Part shown: one piece after another, positions 11,589-23,085 of the stretch
How positions within the stretch are numbered: the stretch's first letter is position 1
How the letters are laid out: each line of letters begins with the position of its first letter
DNA from: Mustelus asterias
Taxonomy: Eukaryota
Length of the DNA stretch: 64,000 nucleotides
Assembly: GCF_964213995.1 (NCBI RefSeq)
Contig: NW_027590119.1
Location: forward strand, 992,001 to 1,056,000
Direction: 5' to 3'
Program-made: the position numbers and the translations under genes
Notes under the pieces: generated by a model
The model's database searches: none
Told to the model about the DNA's origin: nothing
The model's input: only the letters and a program-made list of their open reading frames with translations

Positions 11589-12011
11589 TCACTTGTGAAC
11601 TCGCTGGTGTTTCAGCAGGTGGAATGACTGAGTGAATCCCTTCCCACACACAGAGCAGGTGAATGGTCTCTCCCCAGTGTGAACTCGCTGATGTTCCCAC
11701 AGACTGGATGACGTTTTAAATCTCTTTGAGCAGTGAGAGCAGCTGAACGGTCTCTCCTCAGTGTGAATGCGCTGGTGGGACACCAGTTCTCCAGAGCTTT
11801 TGAATCCGCTCCCACAGTCAGAGCATTTAAACGGTCTCTCATTGGTGTGAGTGAGATGGTGTGTGCGCAGGTTCGATGAAACAGTGAAACCCTTCCCACA
11901 CACAGGGCAGCTGAATGGTCTCTCCCCGGTGTGAATGCGTCGATGAGTTTCCAGTGCAGATGGATATCTGAATCCTTTTACACAGTCCCCACATTTCCAC
12001 GGTTTCTCCAT
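11589..12011 (-). CDS. C2H2 zinc-finger protein, 5 fingers
   Basis: ATG at 12011 (MEKPWKC); acceptor TTACAG|GATATT at 12353/12352; decayed upstream fingers 12012-12160. Confidence 0.8.
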   Translation of the reverse strand: MEKPWKCGDCVKGFRYPSALETHRRIHTGERPFSCPVCGKGFTVSSNLRTHHLTHTNERPFKCSDCGSGFKSSGELVSHQRIHTEERPFSCSHCSKRFKTSSSLWEHQRVHTGERPFTCSVCGKGFTQSFHLLKHQRVHK

Positions 12012-12061
12012 GGTGCGGATGTCCTTGTGACTCTCCAGGTTAAACAATCAGTTAAATCTCA

Positions 12062-12169
<108 letters not shown>

Positions 12170-12656
12170 TCAGGTGTGTGTATCTCAGTGCATTTCTAGT
12201 CACAGCGATGTTTACAATCTTTTGAAGCCAAGAGGCCAAACAAACATTTCTCCTGCTAGATTCAAATCTTCAGGTCCCAAGAAATTGAGTCACTCTGTCA
12301 GATCTCGATGTGATGTTGGAGATTTCTGTCTGATTTCTCCTTGTCTAATATCCTGTAAGTCAATTTAGAAAAAACATCACAATTCAGAATACGATCGAAA
12401 TTCAAATCTACATTTCTAGTTTCTATGGAGCATTCATTAAAGACACAGTCATGGAGCATTAAACCTGCCCAGCAGGGCCTCCCGTATCAGCACACAGGCA
12501 GCTGCTTTGTGAGACTGCCAGCAGTACAGACAAGTCAGAGATAAGGGTGTCCTCAGAAGTGGGATTCATTGTGAAGGCTCAGGGACGGTTGATAAGATGT
12601 AGGAATTCTATGATTCTAATGAACATTCTTTCCTCTCTCATTCCCCAAAAGCTGTG

Positions 12657-12777
12657 AATCTCCATCCCACACACTCTCCCTCCATTCTCACTCTGCTGTA
12701 TCTAATATTCACCCTCCCAATTCTCCTGAAGGTGCTGATTGAGGCTGATTGACAGATCCATGCTCACTGCTTCCTGT
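12657..12777 (-). other. Second copy of the conserved micro-exon/uORF module
   Basis: Identical to 1033-1153; same position relative to the ZNF acceptor. Confidence 0.6.
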
Positions 12778-13304
12778 CCAGCACAGAAATCATAACAAAT
12801 AGGAGCTGCAGTCAGCATTCGGCCCATCGAGTCTGCTCAACCATTCATTGAGATTATTGGTTGATCTACCTCTGCATTATTTTCCCCACACTGTCCCCCA
12901 CATCCATCGATATCTTCAATATCTAGAAACCTATCAATCCCTCTCTTGAAAATTCTTGATGACTGAGGCTCTATAGTCCTCTGGGGTAGAGAATCCAAAA
13001 CATCACCACGTCCTTGAGTGAAGAAATCCTACCTCATCTGAGCTTTCTCTCCATTTTCCAGCCTGTTCCCAATAATTATTGACTCCCTTGTCATTCAAAA
13101 ACTGTCTAACTCATCCTTGAATATATTCAATCCCTCCACTGGTCCCTTTTGGAAGAGAAATCTAGACACTAACAATTCTCTGAGGGAAGAGATTGTTGGA
13201 AATATATAATATAGCTGCAGTCCAAAATTACACAGCCAGATATAATAAGTGTATTTTATTACAGAGCTATAAATAATATATCTAATCTGCACCATATAAC
13301 AACA

Positions 13305-13735
13305 GGGGAGCTGATAGCCTCGCGGTATTATCGCTAGACTATTAATCCAGAAACTCAGCTGATGTTCTGGGGACCCGGGTTCAAATCCTGCCACGGCAGA
13401 TGGTGAAATTTGAATTTAAAAACAAAATCTAGAATTAAGAATCTACTGATGACCATGAAATCATTGTTGATTGACCAGAAAAACCCATTTGGTTCATTAA
13501 TGTGCTTTAGGGAAGGAAATCTGCCGTCCTTACCCAGTCTGGCCTACATGTGACTCCAGAGCCATATGTGCGGGTTAGGTTGATTGGCCAGGTTAAAATT
13601 GCCCCTGAGATGCGTAGGTTAGAGGGATTAGCGGGTAAATATGTGGGGGTAGGGCCTGGGTGGGATTGTGGTCGGTGCAGACTCGATGGGCCGAATGGCC
13701 TCCTTCTGCACTGTAGGGTTTCTATGAGTTCTATA
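13305..13735 (+). mobile_element. tRNA-derived SINE family B fused to a V-SINE 3' half
   Basis: B-box GGGTTCAAATCC, body GGAAGGAAATCTGCCGTCCTTACC..GTGACTCCAGAGCCA, then V-SINE GTGCGGGTTAGGTTGATTGGCC. Confidence 0.75.
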
Positions 13736-13857
13736 ATATAAACTACCCAATTCTCCTGAAGGTGCTAATTAATGCTGATCGACACTCACCATTTCATGGT
13801 TCCTGACAGATCATAAGAAATAGTTAGAAATTCAGCCCACCAAGCTGTTCAATTGAA

Positions 13858-14295
13858 TTTTTTTTATTCATTCATGGGACATGGATGTTGCTGGCTGGCC
13901 AGCATTTATTACCCATCCCTAGTAGCCCTTGGAGGGCAGTTGAGAGTCAACCACATTGTGGTGGCTTTGGAGTCACATGAAGGCCAGACCAGTTAAGGAT
14001 GGCAGATTTCATTCCCTGAAGGACATTCGTGAACCAGATAGGTTTTTCCGACAATCGAAAGGGTTTCATGGTCATCAGTAATTTCTTAATTCCAGATATT
14101 TTTAATTGAATTCAAATTCCACCAGCTGCTGTGGGGTGGGATTGTTGTCGGTGCAGACTCGATGGGCTGAATGGCCTCCTTCTGTACTGTAGGGTTTCTA
14201 TGATTCTATGGCAGGATTCAAACCCGGGTCCCCAGAACATTAGCTGAGTTTCTGAATTAATAGTCCAGCAATAATACCACAAGGCCATCGTCTCC
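13858..14295 (-). mobile_element. SINE family B with an inserted V-SINE/CR1 tail
   Basis: Homologous to 13305 and 50737; 3' tail shared with the LINE at 58810. Confidence 0.75.
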
Positions 14296-15109
14296 CCATC
14301 AAGATCATGGCTGATCTGATTGTGATCTTAACTCCACTTTTCTTCCTGTCACCCTTGACTCCCTTTTCGATCAGAATTCTCTGTATTTTGAGTATATTTA
14401 ATGATGCAGCCTCCACTGCTCTCTGGGGAAGAGAATTGCAAAGACTAACGACCCTCTGAGGGAAGACATTTCTCCTCATCGCCATCAGAAATGGGGGACC
14501 CTTTATTTTGACAATCTGCCGACTAATTCTAGAATCCCCAACATTGGAAACATCCTCTCTTCATCTATACTAATCACTACCTCACAATCTGATGTCAATA
14601 CTATGATCACCTCTAAACTCCAGTCAATACAGGCCCAAACTTTCCTCACAAAACAATCCCTTCATCCCAGGTATCAGCCTGCAGATCCTTCTCTGAACTG
14701 ACAATGACAGAGAGGTGATCAGGGAGGGCAGAGCTGAAACAAAGCAATGGATGGACATGGATTCAGATCCACAGTAACGGAGTCACACCAGCCCCAGAGA
14801 TGTGGAACCAGAGTACAGATAACAGAGCACAGGACGAAAATTCAAAATTATAGGTAAATGTTCAATAATACTCACCTCTGAAACAATTTCACTATTTTCT
14901 CATTTAAAACCTGCGGCTGGAAAGATGTCAGAAGCACTGGAATCAGAGAAAAATTGCAATCTTCAAATGTTCCAACTCCCTGCAAAAGGAGATTACAAGA
15001 GTCAGGTGTCAATTGTGGCTTGAAATTAAGAGATACACATTTGTGGGGGGCTTGAGATTGCTGTAAAAATCCTCTTCTTCTAACCATCTGTAAAAGGAAA
15101 TTCCAAAAA

Positions 15110-15440
15110 TCACAGAATCTCTGCAGTGCAGAAGGAGGCCTTTTAGCCCATCGAGTCTGCACCAAGTTTCTAACAGATCACCTTTACTCAGGCCCTATAC
15201 CTGAAACCTGATGTACGTACATCACTAATCCTTTCCTTCCCCCTCATCTTGGGACACAAAGGGACAATTTAGCATAGTCGATCAACCCACTCTTTGGAGT
15301 GTGGGAGGAAACCAGAGCACCCAGAGGAAACCCACACAGACAGAGGGAGAATGTGCAAACTCATACAGACAATCACCCGAGGCTGGAATTGAACCGGGTC
15401 TCTGGCGCTATGAGACAGAAGTGCTAACCACTGTGTCACC
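15110..15440 (-). mobile_element. V-SINE (HE1-like)
   Basis: tRNA head and V-domain. Confidence 0.85.
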
Positions 15441-15654
15441 CCCAACAGTCATTTGTCCGCCCTGAATATAAATCCATAACATTCTCCCCTCCTGTTTTCT
15501 AGCATAAGATTACTTAAGATGGAATATACTTACATTGGAAGCTATTCAGACAAGGTTCATGAGCTGATTTCGGGCATGAAGAGGTCTGTTTTATGAGGAA
15601 AGGTTCGGCAGGGTGCATCTGTGCTCATTGGATTTTAGATAAATGAGATGTGAT

Positions 15655-16145
15655 TGTTGGAGTGAAATTAAGACTGTGACCTTTGAAAGTTAATGCGTAC
15701 GTGACTACAGGGACCGGCTGCGCCCAGCACTTATCCTGTGGTTAACAAAGATCATTCTGTTGCTGACTAAATAGCGAACTAACTTTTGAGCTACATCCTG
15801 TTATTGTATAAAAAATACGGAACAGACAAAAAAAACCAGACCGCGAGGTCCAGATGGTCCACTTAGTTTAAGATAAAGGGGAACTGAAACTTGTGGGTTT
15901 TTGTTAACGGTTGTTTTTGAAGGAATGCGATTGGAGGTCAATTGTTGCTCGGGGAGCCCAATTGGCTAAACACAGGTAACCACCCAAAGCTAACGACGAA
16001 GTAACCGCTAATGTCTATATGATTAAAGTGTATAAAAGACGGCGAGCCGCCGCTCCAAATTGAGAAGGTGAAAGGCAGCATCCATGAACCCGGCCTGTCA
16101 GTCAATGACTCAAACATTGTCTCTCCTGGTCACCCAAATCCTGCA
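15655..16145 (+). mobile_element. LTR-like fragment (U3 with CCAAT and TATA), 3'-truncated
   Basis: Begins TGTTGG where a CR1 remnant stops; ATTGG/CCAAT at ~15930-15965; TATAAAA at 16031; no closing CA or TSD identified. Confidence 0.4.
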
Positions 16146-16149
16146 GCTA

Positions 16150-16520
16150 CGCCCACTGGCCGCGCATGCGCTCTGCTCCCCGCTAAACAAAGATGGCGGC
16201 CACGACACTGGGCCTGATCCCGGATAAAATCCCCGGAGCGGCAAACCCGGGACCGGAAGGCTCTTATTCAGGCCTTGCGGCCGACAGCAGATGTTTATGA
16301 AGCCTCTGCTCCCTCCCCACCCCGACTCCCGGTTCCATTCCTCCCTCCGCCCCACCGATTCTCACCCCTTGAAATAAGCGTCTCCAGCACTCGCAGGGCT
16401 CCGAGCAAAGAGACACGGCGCATGCGCCAGATACAGCGCTGCGCCTGCGTACTGAGCTCCTGTGGAGTGAATAGGGCACTTTCACACCCGCAACGGATGC
16501 TGGGTAATAACCGCCATTGA
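16150..16520 (-). promoter_or_regulatory. CpG-rich promoter/first exon, probably of the ZNF at 11589
   Basis: NRF1 GCGCATGCGC x2, YY1 AAGATGGCGGC at ~16190; NRF1-YY1 block homologous to 43920-43960. Confidence 0.65.
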
Positions 16521-17039
16521 AACCACATACAGTTAATTCAAAATAACATTGTTAGCATTTGAGGTAAATTAATGAAATATTGAGAATTGGTGATCTGCTG
16601 TGCTCCATTTCTTAAAGTTCTGCTGCAGGACCATGCAGTGGTTTCAAAGCTTTCATACCGTTTCCCCTCTCACTCCTTTTATGGTGCTGATTCTGGCTGG
16701 GTTCAATCAACAGTCACTGGTTCTTCTCTCTGTCCCTGATACTGAATATTCACTCTTTTCGAGAATGATACAGCACAAATAGAAACCATTTGGCCCATTA
16801 TGTCTCTGCTGGCTCTCTGGAAGATCTATCCAACTAATTCCACAGCCCGGCTGGTAGAGTCAGAACAATGCATATCTGTTGTAGTAATCTGAGACCTTAA
16901 TGGAAAAGGGTTTCCACAGTTAAGCACATCAGGTGCCTGGTAGAATTTAGTTGAATGTTTCTGCAGATCCCATATACTGCAGTGACATTATCCGAAAGGG
17001 CCAAGGGAGTATTCCAGTGTGTTAACCAGAATACTCCAG

Positions 17040-17330
17040 GGCACAACCTCAGGCTAAAGGGACGATCCTTTAAACAGAGATTAGGAGGAATTTCTTCAGC
17101 CAGAGATTGGTGAATCTGTGGAACTCTTTGCCACAGAAGGCTGTGGAGGCCAGGTCATTGAGTGTCTTTAAGACAGAGATGGATAGGTTCTTGATTCATA
17201 AGGGGATCGGGGTTATGGGAAAAAGGCAGGAGAATGGGGATGAGAAAAATATCAGCCATGCCTAAATAGCGGAGCAGACTCAATGGGCCGAGTGGCCTAA
17301 TTCTGCTCCTATGTCTAATAGTCTTATGGT
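17040..17330 (+). mobile_element. CR1 3' fragment
   Basis: RRNFFSQRLVNLWNSLP and CR1 tail. Confidence 0.85.
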
Positions 17331-17849
17331 TAAAAGTGGATGAATGTTGGAATTACAAAGAACAGGCATTCATATCCTGAATTTTCATAATTATCACTTG
17401 TCTGGGATGTTTCAGTATGAAAGAATCCCATGTACTTGTCAGGTGAGAGGTCATGTCCAAATGACCTGTGAAAGACAAATCACTGTCAGATTGCACTGGG
17501 GTTTATGTGATCAGGTCTTGGTTTTATGTACAAGGTCTGTATCAGACTGGAGCTGTGTCTTTGATTCTCCACAACAGTTGTAGTATCCTTACTAAATATC
17601 CACCACAACCACAACAGCCCGGACGACTGAGGTTATTGTGATCACAGCCCTTCAAATTGGATGCACAAATTCTTTCCCACATGGAGCAGGTGAATGGCCT
17701 TTTCCCTATGTGTGTACATTGAAGAGGCAGTGGCATAGTGATATTGTCACTGGAGCAGTAACCCAGAGACCCAGGGCAATGTTCTGACCATGAAACCATT
17801 GCTCACTAACATCCTCTGGGGAAGGAAATCTGCTGTCCCTCTCCTCACC

Positions 17850-18045
17850 CTATACCCGTAATCCCATACATTTAGCATGACCATTCCACCTCGCCTGCAC
17901 ATCTTTGGAGTGTGGAAGAAACCGGAGCACACGGAGGAAATCCACACAGACACAGAAAGAATGTGCAAACTCCACACAGGTTGAAATTGAACTCAGGTGT
18001 CTGGATCTGTGAGGCAGCAGTGCGATCCACCATGCCACCTTGCTG
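17850..18045 (-). mobile_element. V-SINE
   Basis: V-domain and tRNA head. Confidence 0.75.
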
Positions 18046-18716
18046 CCCAAATAGGAGACCAAAAGTATATATCCTTGGGAGACACCAAGTTCAAAGACTT
18101 TGGAGAGGAAAGGGAGGCTGGAGATGGGGCCATAATTTGCAAGCAAAGTGGGATCAACGGGTTTTTTTTTCAGAAAGTGTGATGTTTGTGTATTTAAAAA
18201 TGAGAGGAACAAAACCAGAAGAGAGGGAGAGAATCATTAACAATATCAGCCAATATGGGGAAGTTGGATGGTCAGTAATTTAATGAAAATAGAGTCAGGG
18301 CCAAGACAGGAAAGAAACTGTTGAAAGATGCAGGTTCAAGGCTCAGACAGGGAGAGGCTTTAGATACATTAGTTTGGCTCAGTGGGAGGGTGGAAGAGAG
18401 GGAAGCAGCAGGGGCAGCTGATTGGGTTGGCTCAATCCTAGTAACAAAGAAGCTCCATGACTTCATCACACTTTTTGTTGGGGGTCAGGATGGAGGAGAC
18501 AGGGGAGAGGGAGAGCCATTTGAAAGGAATGGACTTGAGTCAGAGATAATAAAAAGTTTCAACAGATTGTTTGTTAAACATAAAAGCAGATTTATTTGAT
18601 TTTCATCCAGGACATTAGTATTTATATGTGGGCTCAAATTTATTTACATAAGAGGCGAATGACCACAATCAACATATTTGTGATTTGTGGTTAACAACAG
18701 AATCAAACTCCAGCAG

Positions 18717-19749
18717 TCACTTGTCAACTCGCTGATGGCTCAACAGGTTGTATTTCTGAGTGAATCCCTTTCCACATTTGGAGCAGGTGAACGGCCTCTC
18801 CCCAGTGTGAATTCGCTGGTGGACAGTGAGTTGGGATGGTCGCCTGAACCCAGTCCCGCAGTGAGTGCACTTGAACGGTCTCTCATCAGTGTGACCACGT
18901 TGATGAGACATCAGATCGCTGCAGCTTTTATAGCATTTCCCGCAGTCTGGACATTTAAAAGGTCTCTCCTCACTGTGAACACGTTGATGGGACACTAGAT
19001 TGCTGGAACTTTTACAGCACTTCCCACAATCTGGACATTTGAACGGTCTCTCATCGGTGTGAACTTGCTGATGTGCCATGAGGTGTGATGTCAGAGTGAA
19101 TCCCTTCCCACAGTCGGTGCAGGTGAATGGCCTCTCCCCAGTGTGAATTCGCTGGTGTTCAGTGAGTTGAGATGACCACCTGAACCCAGTCCCGCAGTGA
19201 GAGCACCTGAACGGTCTCTCATCAGTGTGAACACGTTGATGGAACATTAGTTCCCTGGAACCTCTATAGCACTTCTCGCAATCTGGGCATTTAAATGGTC
19301 TCCTCAGTGTGGACACGTTGATGGAACATCACTTCCTTTAAACTTTTATAGCACTTGCCACATTCTGGACATTTACATGGTTTTTCCTCTGTGTGAACTC
19401 GCTGGTGTGTCTGCAGTGTAGATGACTGAGTGAATCCCTTCCCACACTCGGAGCAGGTGAATGGCCTCTCTCCCTTGTGAACTCGCTGGTGTGTCAGCAG
19501 GGTGGATGACTGAGTGAATCCTTTCCCACACTCAGAGCAGGTGAACAGCCTCTCCCCAGTGTTACTGTATTGGTGAATTTCCAGCTCAGACAGGTCTCTG
19601 AATCCTTCCCCACATTTCCATGGTTTCTCCTCAGTGTGACTGCACTTGTGTCTTGACAGAGCAGATGATTGTCTGAATCCTTGTCCACACACAGAACACA
19701 TGTACAGTTTTGCCCCATTGTGAACGATGCTTTTTCCTTCCATGCTCAA
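18717..19749 (-). pseudogene. C2H2 zinc-finger gene, ~12 fingers, frameshifted
   Basis: Two ORFs joined by a 2-bp loss in GAGAGA at ~19300 (HTEE-TI* instead of HTEERPFKC); finger 2 lacks DCG; acceptor TTTCACAG at ~19853; paralog of 57794-58612. Confidence 0.75.
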
Positions 19750-20454
19750 GGTTCAGTTATATTCAGGTTACCATAAATTGGGCGACTCTGTCAGATCCTG
19801 ATGTGATGTTTGGTTTGAGTTTCCTGACTGCAAATCCTCCCCTTCTAAAACTCTGTGAAATTGATTTAAAACAGCGAAAAGAGAGTGAGAGAGAATCCAC
19901 AAAAACACAAAGGCAGGTTGTGAAATTGAGCTGAATGAATCTGGTCATTTGTGGGGCCGGCGCTAGGAAAACATTACCATGGAAACTGCTGGATTGTCAT
20001 AAAACCTCAACTGGTTCACTAATACCTTTCAGGGAAGGGAATCTGCCATCCAGTCTGGGACTACACAAGGCTCTGGCCTCAATGGATGGAGAGAGGTGTG
20101 GGGGCAAAGGAGGGACTTAATGTATCTACAACTCAACCAGTGGTTTGAACCTTAGAACCGTTAACCTGCACACCGAGAAGGATCAGGGTAAGAGGTGTAC
20201 GTGAACACCATCATCTCCAAATTCCCTCCAATTTTACACACCATCCTCCCTTGTCTGACATCCAGGACTGGATGAGCAGTAATTGCCTTCGTTAAATATT
20301 GGAAGATGAAGGCTATCATCTTCAGCCCTGCAACAAATTCCACGTCCGAACCACTGACTCCATCTGTCCCCATTGCGACTGTCTGAGGCTGAACCGGAGT
20401 ATTCACAACCTCAGTAACATGTTTCATTTCAAACTGAGCTTCTAAACATATCCT

Positions 20455-21245
20455 CATAGAATCTACAGCACGGAGACAGGCCCTTCGGCCCAAACTGGTC
20501 CATGCCCACCAAAAATGCCCATGTAAGCTAACTCCATTTGGCCCATATCCCTCTAAACCTTTCCTATCCATGGATCTGTCCAAATGCCTTTTAAATGTTG
20601 ACAATGTCCCTGCCTCAACCACTCCCTCCAGCAGCTCATTCCACACCCGTACCACCCTCTGTGTAAAAAAGCTGCTCCTCAGGTTCCCATTAATTCATTT
20701 CCCTCTTAACTTAAACTTATGCCCTCTAATTCTTAATTCCCCAACCCTGGGAAAAAGACTGAGTGCATTCAACCTATCCATGCCTCTCACGATCTTACAC
20801 ACCTCTATAAGATCACCCCTCAATCTCCTACGCTCCAAAGAAAAAAGTCCTAGCCCGTCCAATCTCTCCCTATAACTTGAGTCCTGGCAACATCCTTGTA
20901 AATCTCTTCTGCACTCTCTCCAGTTTAATAACATCTTTCCAAATCAAGGTGACCAAAACTGAACACAATATTCCAGGTGCAGCCTCACCAAAGTCCTGTA
21001 CAACTGCAACATAGCCTCCCAACTTCTATACTCAATGCCCTGACTGATAAAGGCCAGCATGCCAAAAGCCTTCTTCACTGCCCTATCTACGTGTGACTCC
21101 ACCTTAAGAGAACCGTGCACCTGAACTCCAAGGTCCCTCTGTTCCACGATACTCCCTGAGGTCCTCCCATTCACCGTGAAAGTTCTACCTTGATTTGACT
21201 TTCCATGATGCAACACCTCACACTGATCTGTATTTAACTCTATTT
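20455..21245 (-). mobile_element. CR1 3' fragment nested in an old L2 (~20250-21830, +)
   Basis: RDLGVQV..HLEYCVQFWSP..; flanking L2 motifs IQNSAARVL..ITLV. Confidence 0.85.
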
Positions 21246-22525
21246 GCCACATCACCACCTACACGACCTATTTCCACCTCAGTGACATCACCCCACTTTG
21301 TCCTGGCCTCAGCTCACCTGCTGCTGAAACCCACATCCATTCCTTTGCTGCCTCTAGATTTAACTCTCCGAACAAACTCCCAGCCGGCCTCCCACATTCA
21401 ATCTCCCTGTAATCTTGGGTTGATCCAAAACTCTGCTGCCCGGGTGCTTATTCACATCAAGTCCAGTTCATCCATCACCCTTGTGCCAGCTGACTTATAA
21501 AGGCTTCCGTTTAAGAAGCAACAAAGCTTGAAAATTCTCATCCGTATTTTCTGCATGGCTGCAATCATTGCTCTCTCTGGAATCTCCTTCAGGCCTCTTC
21601 AACTCCCAATTTTCATCACTCCATCAGTGGTTGTCATTCTTTCAGCTGCTTAGACCCCGGGCCCTGCAATTTCCTCCTGAATCCTCCCCACTTCACTTTC
21701 CGCCTTGAAACCACCTCTTTGACCAAGCTGTCACCTGGCCTATTAATGTCCTTATGTGGCTCAGTGGCAAATGTTTCTTGGTAACATTTACTGTGAAGTA
21801 TCTGAAAGTTTTATGATATTAAAAGCAGAGCATAATTACAAACTATTGTCACTGTTCCTTCATCCTCACTGGGTGAGTAACCTGTAACTCCTTACCTAAC
21901 AGCATTGTGGCAGCACCTTCACCACACGGACTGCAGCGGTTCAAGGTCAAACGTCATCTTCCCCACAGGTACCTGGGGATGAGGAATATTTGCTGCTGAT
22001 CCAGTTAATGACACCCAAATCCCATGGGTATTTTAAAAATGTGTATCAGTACAATAGATAAAAAGCATCGACAGGAATACTTATTCCTTAAGCAATACCC
22101 TTTTACATTATAAGGGTATTGTTTTCAACCTGATCTCCCCTAGAATCTGGCTCCCTTGACAATTTTACATTGTGAAACTGAGTGGGTTCTGAAGCCCTTA
22201 ACGTTAAATCCAGCAGCTTCTCCTCCATCTCCACTTCAGCTCAAACTGATACAACAAAGGGAAGGAAATTGGACAAGACCCTGGAGAGAAAGAAAGCTAT
22301 GAGAATAGGGCAGAGGAGTGAGACTGATTGGTTTGTTCAACCCAGAGCAAAAGCATTGGCCTAACAAGCTAAATAACCTCCTGTATTGTAATCATTCGAC
22401 GGCTGCATGACAAATGAGCTGCACAAGATGCCATCTGCAGCTTTCAATTGGTCCATCTCTCTTTCTAGAATTCCTTCTGAGAGAAACCCCCGCCTGGGGG
22501 AAGCAGCAGTGGCCGTGTCTCCGCA

Positions 22526-23080
22526 GTGGAGTCCAGCCCTGTAACTCAGAGGGCTAAGGAAAAGAGGAGGAAGGCGGTATTAATCGGGGACTCGATGGTG
22601 AAGGGGACAGACAGGCGTTTCTGCGGAGGTAGGCGGGATTCTCGCATGGTGGTCTGCCTCCCTGGGGCCGGGATCCAGGATGTCGCTAGTCGCGTCCCGG
22701 AAATCCTGAGGTGGGAGGGAGAGGAGCCTGAGGTAGCGGTACATATTGGTACCGCTGATGTGGATAGGAAGGGAGAAGGGGTCATGAAAAGGGAGTACAG
22801 GGAATTAGGGAGACAGCTGAGAAAGAGGAAAGCAAAGGTAGTAATCTCAGGATTACTGCCTGTGCCACGGGAAGGTGAGGGCAGGAATGGAGTGAGGTGG
22901 AGGATGAATGTGTGGCTGAGGGACTGGTGCAGGGGGCAGGGATTCAGGTTCCTGGACCATTGGGACCTCTTTCGGGGCAGGGGTGATCTGTATACAAAAA
23001 ACGGGTGGAACTTGAATCACACGGGGACCAATATCCTGGCCGGTAGGTTGGCTAAGGCTACTGGGGAGAATTTAAACTAG
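22526..23080 (+). CDS. CR1 ORF1p SGNH/GDSL esterase domain (5'-truncated)
   Basis: IGDSMV, CLPGA, HIGT and LNHTG motifs. Confidence 0.85.
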   Translation: MESSPVTQRAKEKRRKAVLIGDSMVKGTDRRFCGGRRDSRMVVCLPGAGIQDVASRVPEILRWEGEEPEVAVHIGTADVDRKGEGVMKREYRELGRQLRKRKAKVVISGLLPVPREGEGRNGVRWRMNVWLRDWCRGQGFRFLDHWDLFRGRGDLYTKNGWNLNHTGTNILAGRLAKATGENLN

Positions 23081-23085
23081 ATAGG

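Noticed and set aside
17580-17725. Additional ZNF gene
   Set aside because: Only one degenerate finger remnant (RPFTCSMWE); likewise at ~63870-63960
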